From NCBI GenBank assembly GCA_963710605.1, contig CAVQBA010000004.1, positions 576,001 through 640,000 on the forward strand: a DNA stretch of 64,000 nt, in the 5' to 3' direction. The DNA comes from an uncultured cyanobacterium (GTDB lineage Bacteria > Cyanobacteriota > Cyanobacteriia > Cyanobacteriales > Cyanobacteriaceae). Every line of letters starts with the position of its first letter. Position 1 is the first letter of the stretch. Shown here one piece after another: positions 61,107-64,000 of the stretch. The position numbers and the translations under genes were made by a program. The notes below the pieces were generated by a model. It saw only the letters and a list, made by a program, of their open reading frames with translations, did no database searches and was not told the origin of the DNA.

Positions 61107-63530
61107 ATGAAATCAACAATCAACCCTACTATTAATTATACCAAAAAAGAGTTAATCAAAAGCATTAATTCTGTTGAATTAGCAACAAAAAATGCTTCTT
61201 TAATTGAGTCGAAAAAAATAGATAATTATTTATCCGAGAAAACAAAAAGCACTAGTACAATCGAAACCTACTATACGCCACTAGAAAAAACTACCAGAAT
61301 TTGGAATGGAAAAACAGAAGAAAAAATTGTATTTCCTAAACACCTAAATCACCGTAGTAATACATGGGAGAACGGCATCGGCGGCAGTACTTGGATGCCT
61401 TATCAGAATAAACTATTTTCTGAAGCTACCAACAAATGGTGCTTAATTCACGAGGGAGAAAAGTCGGCTGATTTTGCTTTATCTAAGGGGATTGTAAGCA
61501 CCTGTCTTGTCGGTGCAAAAGCTAAAGATTACAATTTTATTGCTCAAGCAATCGAACTAATGAAATTGGTATCGATGAAAGGTGCTATTTACTTAGCTGA
61601 TGAAGATGAAGCTGGTTTAAGTAAAGCTAAATTTTTTCAAGAGGTAGCATATCAAGAGAATTTTCTTGTTTTAATTTTACCTGTTAATTTCTTCTATCCT
61701 GAAGCAAAAAGAAACGATGACTTTGCCGATTTTGTAATTAATAATCCTAATTTATCTACTGAAGAAATAATCAATAATATAGAAGATAAAATCAAAAAAT
61801 TCGGTTCAGCTTTAGCAACCGATTACCTCTCTTGCAAGCCGATTGAAAAATCCGAAGAAGAGAAACAAGCGGAGGTGCTAGAAACAGCTAAAGATATTTT
61901 GTTAAACGAGTCGAACGAAATCAAACAATTTCTTCGCCTCGAAAAATTGCGTAAAACAACTAAATTCAGCGAGTCGCAATGGGAGAATAAAATATTAAAA
62001 GCCTTAAAAAAAGAGACAAGGGGCGATCGCTTAAAACTTGATTTAAAATATTATGATCAAGAAGAAGATGTGATAAAAAAACTCGAACTTAAACAAAAAA
62101 TTTGCGGACGATATTACCTGAGTTCAAGAGATTTTGAGGATATAAATTATAACCTAGCATCAAAGGAAAGCGAGCCAGATAAAAAAGTATTTTCTTTTGA
62201 TGAATTTATGGGGTTAGGGGTAGCCAAACAATCTTGGATTGTTCCTTCTTTTTTACCTGAAGCATCAATGTTGCTTTTATGTGCGGCGGCTAAAAATGGT
62301 AAGAGTTTGATGGCATCCGATTTAGCTTACTCAATTATTACTGGCGGAACATTTTTGAATCAGCAAGCCAAAAAAGGGAAAGTATTATATGTTTGTAGTG
62401 ATGAGTTACCACGAGATTTTATTCGCAGACTACAGTCTCGTGGCTTCGATTTAATACCAAATATCAATGATAATCTAAGAGTAATCACTCACCTTGATTT
62501 GTACAATCTCAAAGAACTAGAGAAGCAATTAGAAGACTTCAGACCAGATTGCACAATCATTGATTCACTTACCTCAATTAGCTTATCAGCTAACATTAGC
62601 GAGAATAGTGCAGATTATGCGAAACAAGCGTATAAGCTAAAAGATTTGCTCGGTAAATACGGCTCAGCATCTGTATTGATCCATCATCAAAATAAAAACG
62701 TTGACGCACAAGGACTAAATAAAGTATCGGGATCAGCTCGAATCACGGCTGTACCTTGGGGAATCGCTCAATTATCGGGAGGTAATTCTGATATTGAAGA
62801 ATCTAATATTCGTTACCTAGAACTACAGCCAAGAGAAGGTGAGCCAGCCAAGTATCAATTATCTATCAACCCTCGTGATTCTTGGATTGAAGATGGTATT
62901 TTCAAGTTTGATTGTGACTTTGACGATCCTAATGGTAAAAAGAAATCGTTGGGCGAACAGATTTTGGCTTTTCTCGATGATGAGCAACCTAAAGAATATT
63001 CAGAAATAAATGAATACATGAATCTCGGCAAAGGACTTTATAAAATATTGGATTATTTATGTGAACGAAGATTAATTAATCGCCAAAGAAGTAAAAATAA
63101 TCCTAAAAGATGGACTTATTCTATTGACACTCATTCGCAAGTGAAAAATGAGACAGGGGGGGGGGGTAAAAAAAATTCACCCCCCCCCCTAGTCAAACTC
63201 AAAAATTCGATAAAAAGCCAGTCAAAATCAATCACAGAAGACAATACAGCCAATAACGAAGAAAATGGTCAAAGTGAAAATTATCAAGATTTCATGACAA
63301 ACAACCTAACTTTGACGAGTGCTTCTTGTTGCGAAAATAGTGACATTAATGACAATGAAGAAGAGCGAAAAGACATCCTAGAAATGATCAATGATTCAGT
63401 TGAACATCTTAATGATGGTAGAGAAAAAATCAAGATTTTTAGCCAAGGAAAAATGCTTAGTACCCTTACGAATAAGGAATTAATGGCTATATTAGAAATG
63501 ATATGGGAGGAAATGGAAAAAGATGAGTAA
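61107..63530 (+). CDS. Toprim primase / RecA-like AAA (RepA-type) helicase fusion
   Basis: Toprim IHEGEKSAD, YLADEDEAG, DDFADF; Walker A AAAKNGKS, VLYVCSDE, Walker B IIDSL, IHHQNK, SGSARI. Confidence 0.85.
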   Translation: MKSTINPTINYTKKELIKSINSVELATKNASLIESKKIDNYLSEKTKSTSTIETYYTPLEKTTRIWNGKTEEKIVFPKHLNHRSNTWENGIGGSTWMPYQNKLFSEATNKWCLIHEGEKSADFALSKGIVSTCLVGAKAKDYNFIAQAIELMKLVSMKGAIYLADEDEAGLSKAKFFQEVAYQENFLVLILPVNFFYPEAKRNDDFADFVINNPNLSTEEIINNIEDKIKKFGSALATDYLSCKPIEKSEEEKQAEVLETAKDILLNESNEIKQFLRLEKLRKTTKFSESQWENKILKALKKETRGDRLKLDLKYYDQEEDVIKKLELKQKICGRYYLSSRDFEDINYNLASKESEPDKKVFSFDEFMGLGVAKQSWIVPSFLPEASMLLLCAAAKNGKSLMASDLAYSIITGGTFLNQQAKKGKVLYVCSDELPRDFIRRLQSRGFDLIPNINDNLRVITHLDLYNLKELEKQLEDFRPDCTIIDSLTSISLSANISENSADYAKQAYKLKDLLGKYGSASVLIHHQNKNVDAQGLNKVSGSARITAVPWGIAQLSGGNSDIEESNIRYLELQPREGEPAKYQLSINPRDSWIEDGIFKFDCDFDDPNGKKKSLGEQILAFLDDEQPKEYSEINEYMNLGKGLYKILDYLCERRLINRQRSKNNPKRWTYSIDTHSQVKNETGGGGKKNSPPPLVKLKNSIKSQSKSITEDNTANNEENGQSENYQDFMTNNLTLTSASCCENSDINDNEEERKDILEMINDSVEHLNDGREKIKIFSQGKMLSTLTNKELMAILEMIWEEMEKDE

Positions 63531-64000
63531 TAGAGCAAAAAAAGGAACTATTACGATCGATAGTTATCGGGGAATGCTCAGGCTCAGGCTACCTCGATCG
63601 TGGTTTAATGGAAAGTTGAAGTTTTTCTCTTTGGGGCTGTCCGATACCCCACAAAATCAAATTGTTGCTTTGACTAAATCTTCTCAAATGCAATTAGATT
63701 ACATTAGCGGTTGCTTTGACTTTTCATTAGAAAAATATAAATTGGCGACTTTGCCAGAAGGGAAAATCAATCTGATTGAATTATTTGAAAAATTTACAGA
63801 ATATAAAATAAAAATCCTTAAACAAAGTTCTCATCATAATTTTAAAGCTACTCTCAATAAATTGAAAGATGTTCCTCAAAATATAGTATCTGAGCCTTCT
63901 AAGCTTAGACTTTGGATGAGTGAACATAACACACAAAAACAGGCTCGAAGGTACATGGCGAGAATTGTTTCTTGCTATAATTGGGCGATTGAAAGCGGAT
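63523..64000 (+). CDS. Tyrosine recombinase/integrase, N-terminal part (truncated by window)
   Basis: Open frame MSNRAKKGTI...LRLRLPR...SLGLSDTPQN...FDFSLEKY (cyanobacterial arm-binding domain)...SCYNWAIESG; catalytic domain not in window. Confidence 0.8.
   Translation, partial: MSNRAKKGTITIDSYRGMLRLRLPRSWFNGKLKFFSLGLSDTPQNQIVALTKSSQMQLDYISGCFDFSLEKYKLATLPEGKINLIELFEKFTEYKIKILKQSSHHNFKATLNKLKDVPQNIVSEPSKLRLWMSEHNTQKQARRYMARIVSCYNWAIESG

Larger units (their letters stand above)
46257..64000. mobile_element. tRNA-integrated prophage-like element (right end beyond window)
   Basis: att fragment on the left, integrase and primase-helicase on the right, XRE/RHH regulators, dense blocks of unassignable ORFs. 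Confidence 0.88.

Noticed and set aside
46257-64000. Assignment as an inovirus because the GGGS tract resembles pIII linkers
   Set aside because: No Zot/pI-like ATPase or rolling-circle initiator recognised; replication gene is a primase-helicase
46257-64000. Assignment as a standard PICI or ICE
   Set aside because: Integrase, primase and divergent regulator fit a satellite, but no small terminase, HK97 capsid, relaxase or T4SS gene was recognised, and the 10-kb unknown operon is unexplained

Overview
AT-rich cyanobacterial chromosome segment: frequent HIP1/CGATCG sites, heptamer tandem repeats, cpcE, Tab2 and Ycf66 genes. Positions 1-46.2 kb are mostly host genes: an RND efflux pair, leuA, pgeF, a stand-alone T4 Rnl1-type RNA ligase, msrB, a REP-associated tyrosine transposase with GTAG REPs, a P450, gatB, pyrC, a Wzm/Wzt ABC pair, a Dps/ChaB/two-kinase/MscS stress cluster and murG. 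This region also holds a guanidine hydrolase operon with an NtcA box and guanidine-I riboswitch, whose HypB-like gene appears fused in frame to a symporter fragment by deletion. From 46,257 to the window end is an integrated virus-like element of at least 17.7 kb. It is bounded on the left by the 3' half of a tRNA(CAT) and ends with a Toprim/AAA primase-helicase and the start of a tyrosine integrase. It carries a tightly packed cluster of unassignable genes, including five copies of a shared ~100-130 aa domain, a frameshifted gene with a (GGGS)9 tail followed by a GT2 and a sulfotransferase, and a C39-like peptidase. I could not recognise a terminase, portal, HK97 capsid, tail or packaging ATPase. 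This element is the best candidate for an undescribed system. All family calls come from motifs read by eye; no searches were run.
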